Positions 36,328-46,372 of a stretch of DNA of 64,000 nucleotides are shown here, piece by piece. Position 1 is the first letter of the stretch. Each line of letters starts with the position of its first letter. A program made the translations under genes and the position numbers. Below the pieces are notes generated by a model. It saw nothing but the letters and a program-made list of their open reading frames with translations, had not been told where the DNA came from and made no database searches. Source of the DNA: Pseudomonadota bacterium (GTDB lineage Bacteria > Pseudomonadota > Gammaproteobacteria > Acidiferrobacterales > Acidiferrobacteraceae); contig JAJYHM010000006.1 in NCBI GenBank assembly GCA_021784755.1, positions 33,449 through 97,448 on the forward strand, written 5' to 3'.

Positions 36328-37112
36328 CAGCCCTCACGCACAGAAAGGCGCTGGATCCCGCGACTGCGCCCGGTCTTGGCATCCACGTCTATGACCACGC
36401 CGCAGAGGGTCGCCGGTCCCTCGGCGGCCTCTAGCCGTTCTGGCAGTTTTTGTAACATGCGCCGCAAGGCTTTGTCCTTGTTCATACCGATCACGGAGTC
36501 GTAACACCCCGTCATGCCGACGTCCGAAATATAGGCGGTGCCACCGGGCAGAATGCGCTCATCGGCGGTCGGCACGTGCGTGTGGGTGCCCACGACCGCG
36601 CTCACCTGCCCGTCGAGAAGCCACCCCATGGCCATCTTCTCGCTGGTTGTTTCGGCATGGCAATCCACGAGCACCGTCTTCACGCCCTCAGGCTTGGTCG
36701 CGAGCGCCGCGCGCGCCGAGGTGAACGGGCAATCCAGGACCGGGTGCATGAATGCGGTTCCCATGACGTTCAAGACCGCAAATGGTTCGCCTGCGCGCGT
36801 CTCGCCCATGTACCAACCGCTCCCCGGCGTCCCCGCCGGATAATTATGCGGTCTCAGCAGTCGAGGCTCGCGGCCCACCAAGTCCACGGCCTCACGCTTG
36901 TCAAACACATGATTGCCGGTGCTCAGCACATCGATCTTGTGCGCAAGGCACTCGCGCACAATCTTTTCCGTGACGCCGAAACCTCCGGCGATATTCTCGA
37001 TATTCACGATGGCGAGATCGATCTTGAAGCGCTCCCGCAAAATCGGGAGCCGATCCAGCAAAACCCGGCGCCCGGCGTCGCCCACGACATCGCCGATAAA
37101 TAAGATATTCAT
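36327..37112 (-). CDS. YmdB-like (TIGR00282) metallophosphoesterase
   Basis: ILFIGDVVG, N.EN.AGGFG, TGNH, DCHAETTSEK, GTHTHV, DVGMTG. Confidence 0.9.
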   Translation of the reverse strand: MNILFIGDVVGDAGRRVLLDRLPILRERFKIDLAIVNIENIAGGFGVTEKIVRECLAHKIDVLSTGNHVFDKREAVDLVGREPRLLRPHNYPAGTPGSGWYMGETRAGEPFAVLNVMGTAFMHPVLDCPFTSARAALATKPEGVKTVLVDCHAETTSEKMAMGWLLDGQVSAVVGTHTHVPTADERILPGGTAYISDVGMTGCYDSVIGMNKDKALRRMLQKLPERLEAAEGPATLCGVVIDVDAKTGRSRGIQRLSVREG

Positions 37113-37690
37113 ACCATCATGGGGCGCGCCCGATACAAACGCCGCTCCGTGAGCACCGCATGGAGACGCACGTCGTGACCCTCGCGGGGGGCCGACACAA
37201 GGCGCTGACACTCATAGGCGATACCGATCAAGAGTGGACGCCCTCGCGTCTTGCGCGCAACAAACCCGAAGGTCCGGTCGTAATAGCCGCCACCCTGCCC
37301 CAAGCGCCAGCCGCGGGCGTCGAAGCCGACGACCGGCACCAGGACCGCGTCGAGTCGCCGCGCGCACGCCCTGCGGCCCCAGCGCGGTTCGGGGATGTGG
37401 AGCGGTCCCGGCGTAAAAGGGGGCCGCCAAGGAAGGAAGGAAAGCGGGCGACCGGGTCTTCTCGCCACAACCGGAAGATAGAGGATATGGCGCGTGCGCA
37501 TAAGGGCACGCGCCAGAGGCCGTGGATCGAGCTCCGCGCCTATCGGCCAATAAGCGCCGACATGACGGGCGCGCCGCAAGAGTTGCGCGCCGTGCCGTGC
37601 CACGCTCCTTGCGCTCGCCACGCGCGCCAGCGGCCCGATCGCCGCGCGACGCGCACGCAACCCGCGCCGCAGACCGTGTTTTTCATGCAT
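37109..37690 (-). CDS. fau: 5-formyltetrahydrofolate cyclo-ligase
   Basis: IPEP, VP.VGFD..G.RLGQGGGYYDR, HDV.L..V.TE; downstream of 6S RNA. Confidence 0.92.
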   Translation of the reverse strand: MHEKHGLRRGLRARRAAIGPLARVASARSVARHGAQLLRRARHVGAYWPIGAELDPRPLARALMRTRHILYLPVVARRPGRPLSFLPWRPPFTPGPLHIPEPRWGRRACARRLDAVLVPVVGFDARGWRLGQGGGYYDRTFGFVARKTRGRPLLIGIAYECQRLVSAPREGHDVRLHAVLTERRLYRARPMMV

Positions 37691-37712
37691 GGAACTCGCG
37701 CTGCAATATAGA

Positions 37713-37897
37713 GGCGCCCTCCGCCTGTGCCGTAACTATTCTTTGCCTCGAACCAACGGTTCAAGTGGGACACGTCCAGGCGCTTCAGGCTTTCCGCTCG
37801 AGGCGGACATGCACAACAGCGCCTGGAATCGTGGTTCCCGAGGCAAGAGTTATAGGTTCAGGGGCACGGAATGGCTACGAACACCGCAGGGGGCGCC
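37713..37897 (-). ncRNA. ssrS: 6S RNA
   Basis: About 185 nt between zapA and fau; complementary GGCGCC ends; CCTGCGGTGTTCG, CCTGAACC, GTGCATGTCCGC..GCGGAAAGCC and CACTTGAACC..GGTTC elements. Confidence 0.9.
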
Positions 37898-37923
37898 AAA
37901 CCTGTAAGCGACCTTCACCCACT

Positions 37924-38238
37924 TCAAGGCCGCTCCTTAAACTCGTCTCGTAAAACCTCTTCGACCTTGTCGGCGAGTACCGTAACGCGCTTTACCCACT
38001 CACTCGACGTCGAAACGGATTGCTCCCGCAATCGCAAAAGCTCATAGGCCATGTTGAGCGCCGCCATGACCGCGTGCCGCTCCATGGTGACCGGACGCAC
38101 GCCGCGTAGACCTTCTTGCATACGCAGGTCGACATAACGCGCCGCCTTGACCAAGGCATCCCGCTCGTCCTCCGGACAGGATACCGCGAACTCCTTACCG
38201 AGCACGGAGATGCGGACCGTCTCCTTTTGACCCGTCAT
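37924..38238 (-). CDS. zapA: Cell division protein
   Basis: ISVLGKEF.V.CP.DE..AL..AA.YVD.RM, ER.AVMAALN. Confidence 0.93.
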   Translation of the reverse strand: MTGQKETVRISVLGKEFAVSCPEDERDALVKAARYVDLRMQEGLRGVRPVTMERHAVMAALNMAYELLRLREQSVSTSSEWVKRVTVLADKVEEVLRDEFKERP

Positions 38239-38468
38239 CCGCGCCCTTCGCGAGTCAAAGCCGCAACCCGCCCAATCATCTCCTCGACACGACTACGCGC
38301 GGTCCGCGTGCGCTCGTTGAGTCGCACATACTCCGCCGACAAGGCCTGATGGCGCGAACGCCATGTCGCGTTGTCTTCCTGCAGTCGCCGACAGACCGCG
38401 ACCAAATCCTCAACCCGACGCTCCAAGCGACTTAGCGCATCCGCATCGGTAGGAGATTCGCCGCTCAT
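38235..38468 (-). CDS. TIGR02449-type coiled-coil protein (ZapB-like)
   Basis: LERRVEDL..C.RL..DN..ARSRVE.MI.R; directly upstream of zapA. Confidence 0.85.
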   Translation of the reverse strand: MSGESPTDADALSRLERRVEDLVAVCRRLQEDNATWRSRHQALSAEYVRLNERTRTARSRVEEMIGRVAALTREGRG

Positions 38469-38608
38469 GGGGCCCACTATAGAACCGACAGCGGCCGGGG
38501 TCAACGTCCGCCGGGAGGGGCTTGTCCAGGGGCGTGGGGCATGGTCTATCGCCTGCAAAAGAAGAGCCGGCAAGGGCGTGCGGCGGCGGGATCGGATAGA
38601 ATAGAAGG

Positions 38609-39109
38609 ATGCTAGACGACCTCTCGTATGACACGTGGACTGCAGTCCTGGAACAAGCCGAGGTGACGCTCGGCGCGTCCGAAGCCCATGGCGTATTGAC
38701 GGGACTTGCATGCGCCGGGATCCTTGATGATGCCTCCGCGATCGCGGCCTTGGGCGCACACGAAAATGATGCCGAACTGATCGATGCGCTGGAGCTCGCC
38801 CGCCGCCACTTGGCGGACACCCTGGCCGAAGCCGAACTCGGGCTCGAGCCTCTGCTGCCGAACGAGGAGCTGCCGGCCGTTCAGCGCAGCCGCGCGCTTA
38901 CCGAATGGTGTCACGGCTTCGTCACCGGATTTTATTTTCATGATCGCGACAAAGAGGCCGGCGACTACCCGGACGTCGTGGGCGAAGCCTTGGCCGATAT
39001 CGGAGACCTCGCTGAAGCCAGCGGCACGATTGGCGACTCAGATCTGGTGGAAGTCGTCGAATATCTGCGCGTCGCGGTGCAGCTGATCTACGAAGAGGTG
39101 GCGAACTAA
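38609..39109 (+). CDS. UPF0149 (YgfB/YecA) protein
   Basis: SEAHGVLTG..C, AL.EWC.GF, EVVEYLRV; precedes pepP. Confidence 0.9.
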   Translation: MLDDLSYDTWTAVLEQAEVTLGASEAHGVLTGLACAGILDDASAIAALGAHENDAELIDALELARRHLADTLAEAELGLEPLLPNEELPAVQRSRALTEWCHGFVTGFYFHDRDKEAGDYPDVVGEALADIGDLAEASGTIGDSDLVEVVEYLRVAVQLIYEEVAN

Positions 39110-39173
39110 GGGCCACTACGACCCGTGGCCGCGCAGGCGTGGCGCTCGCGCCGACTTCGGGCATAATACCGCC

Positions 39174-40481
39174 ATGGACAAAAACGCCTTCAGACGCCGT
39201 CGCGTCGAATTCATGGGCCTCATGGGTGAGGCCATCGCCATCATACCAACCTCCCCGGTACGGCCGCGCAACGGCGACGTCGAATATACCTATCGCCCCG
39301 ACAGCGACTTCTATTATCTCACGCACTTTCCCGAGCCCGAGGCGGTCGCGGTATTGGTCCCAGGGCGCGCACAAGGCGAGTTCCTGCTCTTTTGTCGCGA
39401 TCGGGACCCGGACAAGGAACAGTGGCAGGGCCGACGTGCGGGCCCCGAGGGCGCCGTGTCTCGATACGACGCCGACGACGCCTTCCCTATAGACGACATC
39501 GACGACATCCTTCCGGGGCTTTTAGAGGACCGACGGCGCGTTTACTACAGCATGGGACGGCACCCGGAATTCGACGGCCGCGTACTGGATTGGGTGAATG
39601 AGGTCCGGAGTAAGGCGCGGTCAGGCGTGCGCGCCCCGGAAGAGTTCGTGGATCCCAACCACATCCTTCACGAGATGCGACTCACAAAAGGAGCCGAGGA
39701 GATCGCCGTCATGCGGAAAGCGGCGGCGGTCGGAGCCGAGGGCCATAGGCGCGCCATCCGCGCATGCGCTCCCGGTCTCTACGAATACGAGCTCGAGGCG
39801 GAGCTTCTCTACGCATTCCGCCGGGGTGGATCGTCCTATCCATCGTACCCACCGATCGTGGCAGGCGGCGCAAACGCCTGCATCCTTCACTACACGGAGA
39901 ATGACGCCCCCCTAAAGGACGGCACGCTCGTCCTTATCGATGCGGGCTGCGAGATAGATGGCTACGCGTCGGACATAACGCGCACCTTTCCGGTAGGGTT
40001 GCGATTCACCCCCGAGCAACGAGCCCTCTACGATGTCGTGCTCGCGGCGCACGGGGCCGCCCTTGAAGTGGTTGGGCCTGGCCGAGAATGGCCGGCCGCA
40101 CACGAGGCGGCGGTCAAGGTTCTCACGCAAGGCTTGGTCGACCTGCGACTGCTGTCGGGGAGCGTGGAGGGCTTGATCGAAAACGGGGACTATAAGCGGT
40201 TCTACATGCACAAGACCGGCCACTGGCTTGGGATGGACGTGCATGACGTGGGCGACTATAAGGTGGGCGGCGCGGCGCGCGTTCTTGAGCCGGGGATGGT
40301 TACGACCGTCGAGCCTGGGCTCTACATCCCTGGCGGGGACGATATTCCGGAACGCTTCCGGAATATTGGGATCCGCATCGAGGATGACGTGCTCGTCACA
40401 AAAAAGGGCCACGAAATCTTGAGCCAAACCCTGCCGAGACGCGCCGAAGACATCGAGGCGTTGCGAGCCGAGGGCCTTTGA
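39174..40481 (+). CDS. pepP: Xaa-Pro aminopeptidase
   Basis: YRPDSDFYYLT, LHY, IDAG, DITRT, GHWLGMDVHD, EPGLY, GIRIEDD. Confidence 0.96.
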   Translation: MDKNAFRRRRVEFMGLMGEAIAIIPTSPVRPRNGDVEYTYRPDSDFYYLTHFPEPEAVAVLVPGRAQGEFLLFCRDRDPDKEQWQGRRAGPEGAVSRYDADDAFPIDDIDDILPGLLEDRRRVYYSMGRHPEFDGRVLDWVNEVRSKARSGVRAPEEFVDPNHILHEMRLTKGAEEIAVMRKAAAVGAEGHRRAIRACAPGLYEYELEAELLYAFRRGGSSYPSYPPIVAGGANACILHYTENDAPLKDGTLVLIDAGCEIDGYASDITRTFPVGLRFTPEQRALYDVVLAAHGAALEVVGPGREWPAAHEAAVKVLTQGLVDLRLLSGSVEGLIENGDYKRFYMHKTGHWLGMDVHDVGDYKVGGAARVLEPGMVTTVEPGLYIPGGDDIPERFRNIGIRIEDDVLVTKKGHEILSQTLPRRAEDIEALRAEGL

Positions 40482-41689
40482 AAATCCCTCGCCACGATAT
40501 CGTGATATGCGGCGGTGGCCTCGTTGGAGCGAGCCTCGCGCTCGCGCTCGCGCATCTGCCGCTCGACATCTGTCTGCTCGACCCGGCACCTCATGCGCCC
40601 AAGCCGCGCACCGACGACCGGACCTTCACAATCGCCCAGGGCTCCAAGCGGGCGTTGGCGACGCTCGGCGCATGGTCCCGCCTATCCCGCAAAGACTTTC
40701 AACCCATAACCGAGATCGAGGTTTCGGACCGCGCCGGGCGATTGGGGCTCACGCACCTCTTCGCAGACGAACTCGGGGTCGATGCGCTCGGTTTCGTAAC
40801 CGGCAATGTCGCCTTGCTCGCGGCCCTCTACGAAGCGCTGAGCGAAACCGGGGTGACCTTGCGGCGTGGTCGCTTCGCGGGCATGACCACAAACGACGAA
40901 CATGCGATCGTGACGCTGGCCGGCGAACAGGAGGGGAAGCGCCTCGAATGCCGGCTGCTCGTGGGGGCCGACGGGACACACTCGGCGGTACGTGGCGCAT
41001 GCGAAATCGGCGTTTATCGCCACGACTACGGGCGCGAAGCGATCGTGAGCAACTGCCGGGTATCGGCGCCGCGCCCAACCACCGCCTTCGAGCGCTTCAC
41101 TCCCGATGGTCCGATCGCGGCATTACCGATCGGCGACGATCGTTATACTTTCGTCATAAGCCGTCCCGACGCGACCGAATGGCAGGCCCTCGACGAGGAC
41201 CCGTTCCGCGACCGCCTGACGAAGACCTTTGGCGACCGCCTAGGCCGCATACTGGCCGCGAGCCCCCGTCTGCGCTTCCCTTTGATGCGCCAGCATGCCC
41301 GGGAATGGGTCGCGCCGCGCGTGGCATTGATTGGCAATGCCGCCCACACCCTGCACCCGGTCGCGGGCCAGGGCTTCAATCTGGGGTTACGAGACGTCGC
41401 AGTGCTCGCCGAGCGACTAGCAGAGGCGGTCCGCGGCGGCGACGACTATGGCGACGCCACATGGCTTCGGGGTTACGCGCAAGTCCGGCAGGCGGACGTC
41501 GCCAATACCACACGCTTTACCGACGGATTGGTGCGGATCTTCGCGCAGCGCCTAGGTCCCGTGGCAATCGCGCGCGCGTTGGCCTTGAATCTGGTGGATG
41601 GTGCCCCCGCCTTGAAGCGCATGCTGGCCGTGCGCACCATGGGGCTCAAGGCACCACTACCCAAACTCTTTCGGGGGATCAAACCATGA
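40478..41689 (+). CDS. ubiH: 2-octaprenyl-6-methoxyphenol hydroxylase
   Basis: GGGLVG, GADG..S.VR, AFERFT..GP.A.LP, GNAAHTLHPVAGQGFNLGLRD. Confidence 0.9.
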   Translation: MKIPRHDIVICGGGLVGASLALALAHLPLDICLLDPAPHAPKPRTDDRTFTIAQGSKRALATLGAWSRLSRKDFQPITEIEVSDRAGRLGLTHLFADELGVDALGFVTGNVALLAALYEALSETGVTLRRGRFAGMTTNDEHAIVTLAGEQEGKRLECRLLVGADGTHSAVRGACEIGVYRHDYGREAIVSNCRVSAPRPTTAFERFTPDGPIAALPIGDDRYTFVISRPDATEWQALDEDPFRDRLTKTFGDRLGRILAASPRLRFPLMRQHAREWVAPRVALIGNAAHTLHPVAGQGFNLGLRDVAVLAERLAEAVRGGDDYGDATWLRGYAQVRQADVANTTRFTDGLVRIFAQRLGPVAIARALALNLVDGAPALKRMLAVRTMGLKAPLPKLFRGIKP

Positions 41690-42879
41690 CCGGCCGCCAG
41701 CACGTGCTTGATATCGTCATCGTCGGCGCAGGCGCCGTCGGGGCCTGTCTGAGTCACGCGCTTACTGTACGGGGGTTCGAAGTCGGAGTGGTCGATGCCC
41801 AGACCGGGGATGAAGGCGCCTCGATACGGACGAGCGCGCTCAGCCGGGCCTCTCTCCGGCACCTGTCCGACCTGGGGCTTTGGCCGCTTGAGGGCGTGGA
41901 GCCCGCGGCGTTGAGCGCCCTGCAGATCCTCGATCGTAGCGGCCGCGGGAGACTCCGGTTCGACAGCGCGGACCTGGGCGAAGAGGATCTCGGGGCCATC
42001 GTAAACCACGGACTGCTCGAGGCGGCGCTGCGCAAGAAGGCGCGGGCACTCGGGGGCCCCTGGGTCCGGGAACGCGGCGAGGGAGTAGTCATAAGCGACT
42101 CTGGGGTGGAAGTCGCCACGAAAGGGGGGCGGCGCATCCGCGCACGGCTTTTGATCGCAGCCGATGGAGCGCAGTCGGTGATCCGGGAGCAATTGGGCGT
42201 ACCGATCCTTCAGTATCGCTATGGCCAGACGGCGGTGTGCGCCGATATTCGCCTAGGGAATGCGCATGAGGGTGTGGCATGGCAGCGCTTCTTGGCCAAC
42301 GGGCCCTGCGCGCTCCTGCCGCTGCCCGATGCGCATCGCGGCTCCCTGATTTGGTCTGCGGCCGACCAAGAGGCGCTGCGCCTGCGCGCGCTCTCCGACG
42401 CGGACTTTGCGCGGGCCCTGCAAGACGCCTTCGGGGATCATCTCGGACCCCTGCACGTCGAGGGCGAGCGGGCTTATTTCCCGTTGGTTGCCTCCCATGC
42501 GCGGCATTATACGGGTCCACGGTTCGCGCTTGTGGGCGATGCCGCGCATCGCGTGCACCCCTTGGCCGGACAAGGCGTGAACCTGGGACTCGCCGATGCA
42601 CACACGCTTATCAGGACGCTGCAAAGTGCCCGCTCGCGCTCGACCGATCCTGGCAGCCGCCGCGTCCTGCGGGCTTACGAACGAGAACGCAAGGCGGAGA
42701 ACCTAGCCATGCTCGTGGCGACCGATCTCCTCAATCGCGCGTTTCGCACCGACAGGACGTGGGCACGCGCGATACTGGGCGCAGGACTCAACGTCACGGA
42801 CACCTTGCCGCTGCTTAAAGCCTTTTTCATGGGGGCGGCGGGTGCAACGACGCCTCGGCTCACCCATGACGCCCTGTAG
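41686..42879 (+). CDS. ubiI: UbiH/UbiF/VisC-family FAD monooxygenase
   Basis: GAGAVG, AWQRFL..GP.ALLP, GDAAH.VHPLAGQGVNLG; ATGA overlap with ubiH. Confidence 0.8.
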   Translation: MTGRQHVLDIVIVGAGAVGACLSHALTVRGFEVGVVDAQTGDEGASIRTSALSRASLRHLSDLGLWPLEGVEPAALSALQILDRSGRGRLRFDSADLGEEDLGAIVNHGLLEAALRKKARALGGPWVRERGEGVVISDSGVEVATKGGRRIRARLLIAADGAQSVIREQLGVPILQYRYGQTAVCADIRLGNAHEGVAWQRFLANGPCALLPLPDAHRGSLIWSAADQEALRLRALSDADFARALQDAFGDHLGPLHVEGERAYFPLVASHARHYTGPRFALVGDAAHRVHPLAGQGVNLGLADAHTLIRTLQSARSRSTDPGSRRVLRAYERERKAENLAMLVATDLLNRAFRTDRTWARAILGAGLNVTDTLPLLKAFFMGAAGATTPRLTHDAL

Positions 42880-43029
42880 TGGCCTTGATATGATGTCGCG
42901 ACGGGAGCGGCGGGCGAGGGCGGCGTTACGAACGAGGGCATCATAGACGGTCGGGGCGAACAGGCAGCGGCTGGGGCGCGCCTGGATGCCGCGGGCTATA
43001 CGGCGCGCCGCGACGAGCGCGGCCGCGAC

Positions 43030-44100
43030 GTGGTCGTGCTCACGGGGCACTGGACACTACGCGGCATCGACGGGCGCGCCGGGGTCTTGGCCTCGGAGCT
43101 GCGAAGATACGTTGAAGGGGGCGATCAAGTCGTCTGGGACTGCCGCGAAGTGCTGGCCCTCGATAATGTCGGGGCCCTCGTCCTCTGGCGCCTCCAGGGC
43201 TTCACGCGTCGCGGGGCAATCGAGGTCCGCCCTGAACACGCAACGCTCTGCGAGAGGTGGTCGCAGCGGCAAGCGCCCCCCGACACACCTCGACCTGTAG
43301 GCGCGGGACTGCTCAACACCTTGATGGCGCTTGAGCGCGCGCTTTGGTCGCATGCGCTCGACTTCACGGCGCTCGTGGGCCAGATCGCGCTCGATAGCGG
43401 GCAACTGCTCCGCCGACCAGATCGCATCCCATGGAAAGACATCTCGGCGACCATATACGAGGCGGGGGTGCGCGCGCTCGGCATCACGGCACTGGTCGGC
43501 GCGCTCGTCGGGATCGTCATGAGCTATCTTTCGGCGCTCGAGCTCCAGACCTTCGGCGCCCAGTCTTTCATCGTCAATATATTGGGTCTTAGCATCATGC
43601 GCGAGCTCGGACCACTGCTCGCGGCCATCCTGGTTGCCGGACGCTCGGGTTCGGCGATGGCGGCGGAACTCGGCGTCATGCGCCTGACCGAGGAACTCGA
43701 CGCCCTCTCGGCCATGGGTATCTCCCGGACCGTGCGCCTGATTCTGCCGAAGATCGTGGCGCTTGCGATCGCGCTCCCCCTGCTCGTGATATGGACGGAC
43801 GCCATCGGGCTGCTCGGCGGCATGGTGGCGGCGCACGTCATCCTCGGGATCAGCATACCGAGCTTCCTTCACGCCATTCCTTCCGTGGTTCCGGTCGTCA
43901 ATTTTCTGCTCGGCATCGCGAAGGGCGCGGTCTTCGGAATCGTCGTGGCGCTGATCGCCTGCCACTTCGGCCTGCGCATCCAGCCCAACACCCTGAGCCT
44001 CGGCGTGGAAACCACCAACGCGGTGGTCACGGCCATAACCGCCGTCATATTCGTCGATGCCCTATTCGCGATCGCATTCCGAGGTGTCGGCCTGCCGTGA
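43030..44100 (+). CDS. MlaE-family ABC permease with STAS-like N-terminus
   Basis: RELGPLLAAILVAGRSGSA.AAELG.M..TEE.DAL; start uncertain. Confidence 0.9.
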   Translation: MVVLTGHWTLRGIDGRAGVLASELRRYVEGGDQVVWDCREVLALDNVGALVLWRLQGFTRRGAIEVRPEHATLCERWSQRQAPPDTPRPVGAGLLNTLMALERALWSHALDFTALVGQIALDSGQLLRRPDRIPWKDISATIYEAGVRALGITALVGALVGIVMSYLSALELQTFGAQSFIVNILGLSIMRELGPLLAAILVAGRSGSAMAAELGVMRLTEELDALSAMGISRTVRLILPKIVALAIALPLLVIWTDAIGLLGGMVAAHVILGISIPSFLHAIPSVVPVVNFLLGIAKGAVFGIVVALIACHFGLRIQPNTLSLGVETTNAVVTAITAVIFVDALFAIAFRGVGLP

Positions 44101-44870
44101 CCCCTGATACCATCATCGACATGGTGCATGTCACGACGCGATTTGGCCGGCACGTCGTCCACGACGACATCGATCTACGGGTCGCTCGCGGAGAGATACT
44201 GGGTCTAGTCGGCGGCTCAGGCAGCGGAAAGACGACCCTCGTGCGGGAGATGATCGGCCTCGATCAACCGAGTGCAGGGCACGTCAGCCTGTTCGGCGAG
44301 CGCCTGGATCGGATCGGGCCCGGTCCTCTCGCCATGCTACGCAATCGCTGCGGCGTACTGTTTCAAGGCGGCGCGCTCTTCAGCGCCCTCACCGTCTTCG
44401 ACAACGTGGCCTTCCCGCTGCAGGAATTGCGCGCCATCGACCCCGCATTGATCCGTGATCTCGTCTACATGAAACTTGCGCAAGTGGGGCTCGCTCCCGA
44501 GGTGGCCTTGCGCCTACCCGCAGAACTCTCGGGAGGAATGGTCAAGCGCGTTGCCCTCGCCCGCGCGCTCGCCCTGGAGCCGGAACTGTTGTTTCTCGAC
44601 GAGCCCACATCCGGCCTCGATCCAGTCACGGCCCAGGCCTTCGTGCACCACCTTCAGGGCCTCCATCGCGAGCTTGGGTTCACAGCCGTGGTGATCACCC
44701 ATGACCTCGATCTCATGCACGATCTCTGCACGGCGCTCGCGATCCTAGCCGACAATCGCATCGTCGCGCGCGGGACGCCGGCGACGGTCGCCGAAAACCC
44801 GCACCCCTTCGTGGCGGCCATGTTTTCGGGTGAGCGAGGACAACGTGTGTTCGGGAGCGCGACCTTATGA
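44097..44870 (+). CDS. MlaF-family ABC ATPase
   Basis: GGSGSGKT, FQGGALFS, ELSGGM.KR, FLDEPTSGLDP. Confidence 0.92.
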   Translation: MTPDTIIDMVHVTTRFGRHVVHDDIDLRVARGEILGLVGGSGSGKTTLVREMIGLDQPSAGHVSLFGERLDRIGPGPLAMLRNRCGVLFQGGALFSALTVFDNVAFPLQELRAIDPALIRDLVYMKLAQVGLAPEVALRLPAELSGGMVKRVALARALALEPELLFLDEPTSGLDPVTAQAFVHHLQGLHRELGFTAVVITHDLDLMHDLCTALAILADNRIVARGTPATVAENPHPFVAAMFSGERGQRVFGSATL

Positions 44871-45757
44871 ACAACCGATCCTATGCGCTACGCACCGGTC
44901 TATTCGTCGTGGTCTTCACCGCGGCCATCCTCATGGCCGTAGTCTGGATCGGCGGCAGCCATGAACGCAGGCTCCCCTATATCGTCGTCACCCAAGGCAA
45001 TGTATTCGGCTTACGGGCACAATCCACAGTGTTTTATAGGGGAATCACCGCCGGTATCGTTAAACGCATAGCCGTGAATCCGCATGACCCTCGCAAGATC
45101 CTGATTACCATCGCGGTCAACCAGGACATACCGATCACGCACGGCACATACGCGGAACTGAAACTGCAAGGCGTGACCGGGATGTCCGCGCTTGAGCTGA
45201 ACACCGACGCGGACATGCGCCCACTGCCGACATCGGCTGCGCATCCCGCGCGCATCCCGATGCATCCGTCGCTATTCTCCCGCTTAAAACACGCCGGCAC
45301 CGACGCAGCGCGCCAGCTCGGCATCCTAAGCCGCGATCTCGAGCAAACTCTGGGCCCCGCCAACCGACGTCATCTGGCCACAGTCCTCGCCCGCGCTGCG
45401 CAAGCCAGTCGCCAGTGGAGCGCGCTTACGGCGCGACTCAATCGTGCCGCCGGACGCCTGCCTGCCATGGAAGACGAGGCCAATCGAGCGCTTACGCAGA
45501 TGGCCGGGCTCGCCAGGCAGGTGCGCGCCTTAAGCCAGCACCTGAAAATCTTGAGCCAGACCGCGCAGGGGGCGAGCGATGTCGTGCTAACGCGCACGCT
45601 TCCGAAGGTGAACCGCGCCCTCGACCGCTTGGCGAGCGCCGCCGCCGATGTTCAGCGCCTCAGCCGCTCGCTACGCCACCACCCCCGCGAGCTTCTGCTC
45701 GGCGCCCGGCCACGCGCGCCGGGGCCGGGGGAACAAGGTTACAAGGAGGGTCCCTGA
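44867..45757 (+). CDS. MlaD/MCE-family protein
   Basis: N-terminal TM, V.GL...STV.YRG...G.V, A.L..QGVTG, helical tail. Confidence 0.9.
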   Translation: MNNRSYALRTGLFVVVFTAAILMAVVWIGGSHERRLPYIVVTQGNVFGLRAQSTVFYRGITAGIVKRIAVNPHDPRKILITIAVNQDIPITHGTYAELKLQGVTGMSALELNTDADMRPLPTSAAHPARIPMHPSLFSRLKHAGTDAARQLGILSRDLEQTLGPANRRHLATVLARAAQASRQWSALTARLNRAAGRLPAMEDEANRALTQMAGLARQVRALSQHLKILSQTAQGASDVVLTRTLPKVNRALDRLASAAADVQRLSRSLRHHPRELLLGARPRAPGPGEQGYKEGP

Positions 45758-45760
45758 GTC

Positions 45761-46372
45761 ATGACGAAAAGTGCTAGCGCGTTTCCCCTCATCCTGATGG
45801 TGGCAGGCCTCGCCGGCTGCAGCCTGTTTCCGTCACGCGCCCCGGAAATACTGACCGATCACGACTTCGGGCCACTGCACGCCCACACCGTGCTAGCCGA
45901 CGCCCCACCCGTCATCGTGCGCGCCAAAAGCCTGCCTTGGCTTTCCGGCACCACCATCCACTATCGGCTGCTCTACAAGGACCCCACGGCCCTCCACATC
46001 TACGCGCAGAACCGCTGGGTCGCACCGCCTGCCGCCTTGCTGAAGGCACGCGTCCGCTGGCGGCTCGGGGCGATGCCCGCGTTCGGAGCGCAGCCTCCGC
46101 GCCACATCGATCGCCTGGTCATCGTGCTGTCGCGCTTCGATCAGGACTTCACGGCGCCGCACCACGCCTTCGTGCGACTTACGGCGAGCGCCCGCCTCTA
46201 CGATGTCGCGACGGGCCAAGTCCTCGCACGCCAGACCGTAAACCTGCGCCAGCCCTGCGCGCCCGACGCGCAAGGTGCCGTGACCGGCTTGAGCGAACTT
46301 GCGCGACAGGCAAGCACCGCTTTCGTGCGTCTTGCCACGCACTCAGGGGGCGTCAAGGATCCAGGTCCTTGA
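45761..46372 (+). CDS. ABC auxiliary lipoprotein (PqiC-like)
   Basis: LAGC lipobox, I.YR..Y, YA..RW.APP, L.RF.Q.F. Confidence 0.85.
   Translation: MTKSASAFPLILMVAGLAGCSLFPSRAPEILTDHDFGPLHAHTVLADAPPVIVRAKSLPWLSGTTIHYRLLYKDPTALHIYAQNRWVAPPAALLKARVRWRLGAMPAFGAQPPRHIDRLVIVLSRFDQDFTAPHHAFVRLTASARLYDVATGQVLARQTVNLRQPCAPDAQGAVTGLSELARQASTAFVRLATHSGGVKDPGP

Noticed and set aside
40507-41685. Apparent 790-aa fusion ORF ending in the UbiI-like domain
   Set aside because: The N-terminal half is an alternative frame over ubiH; the real start is ATG 41686.
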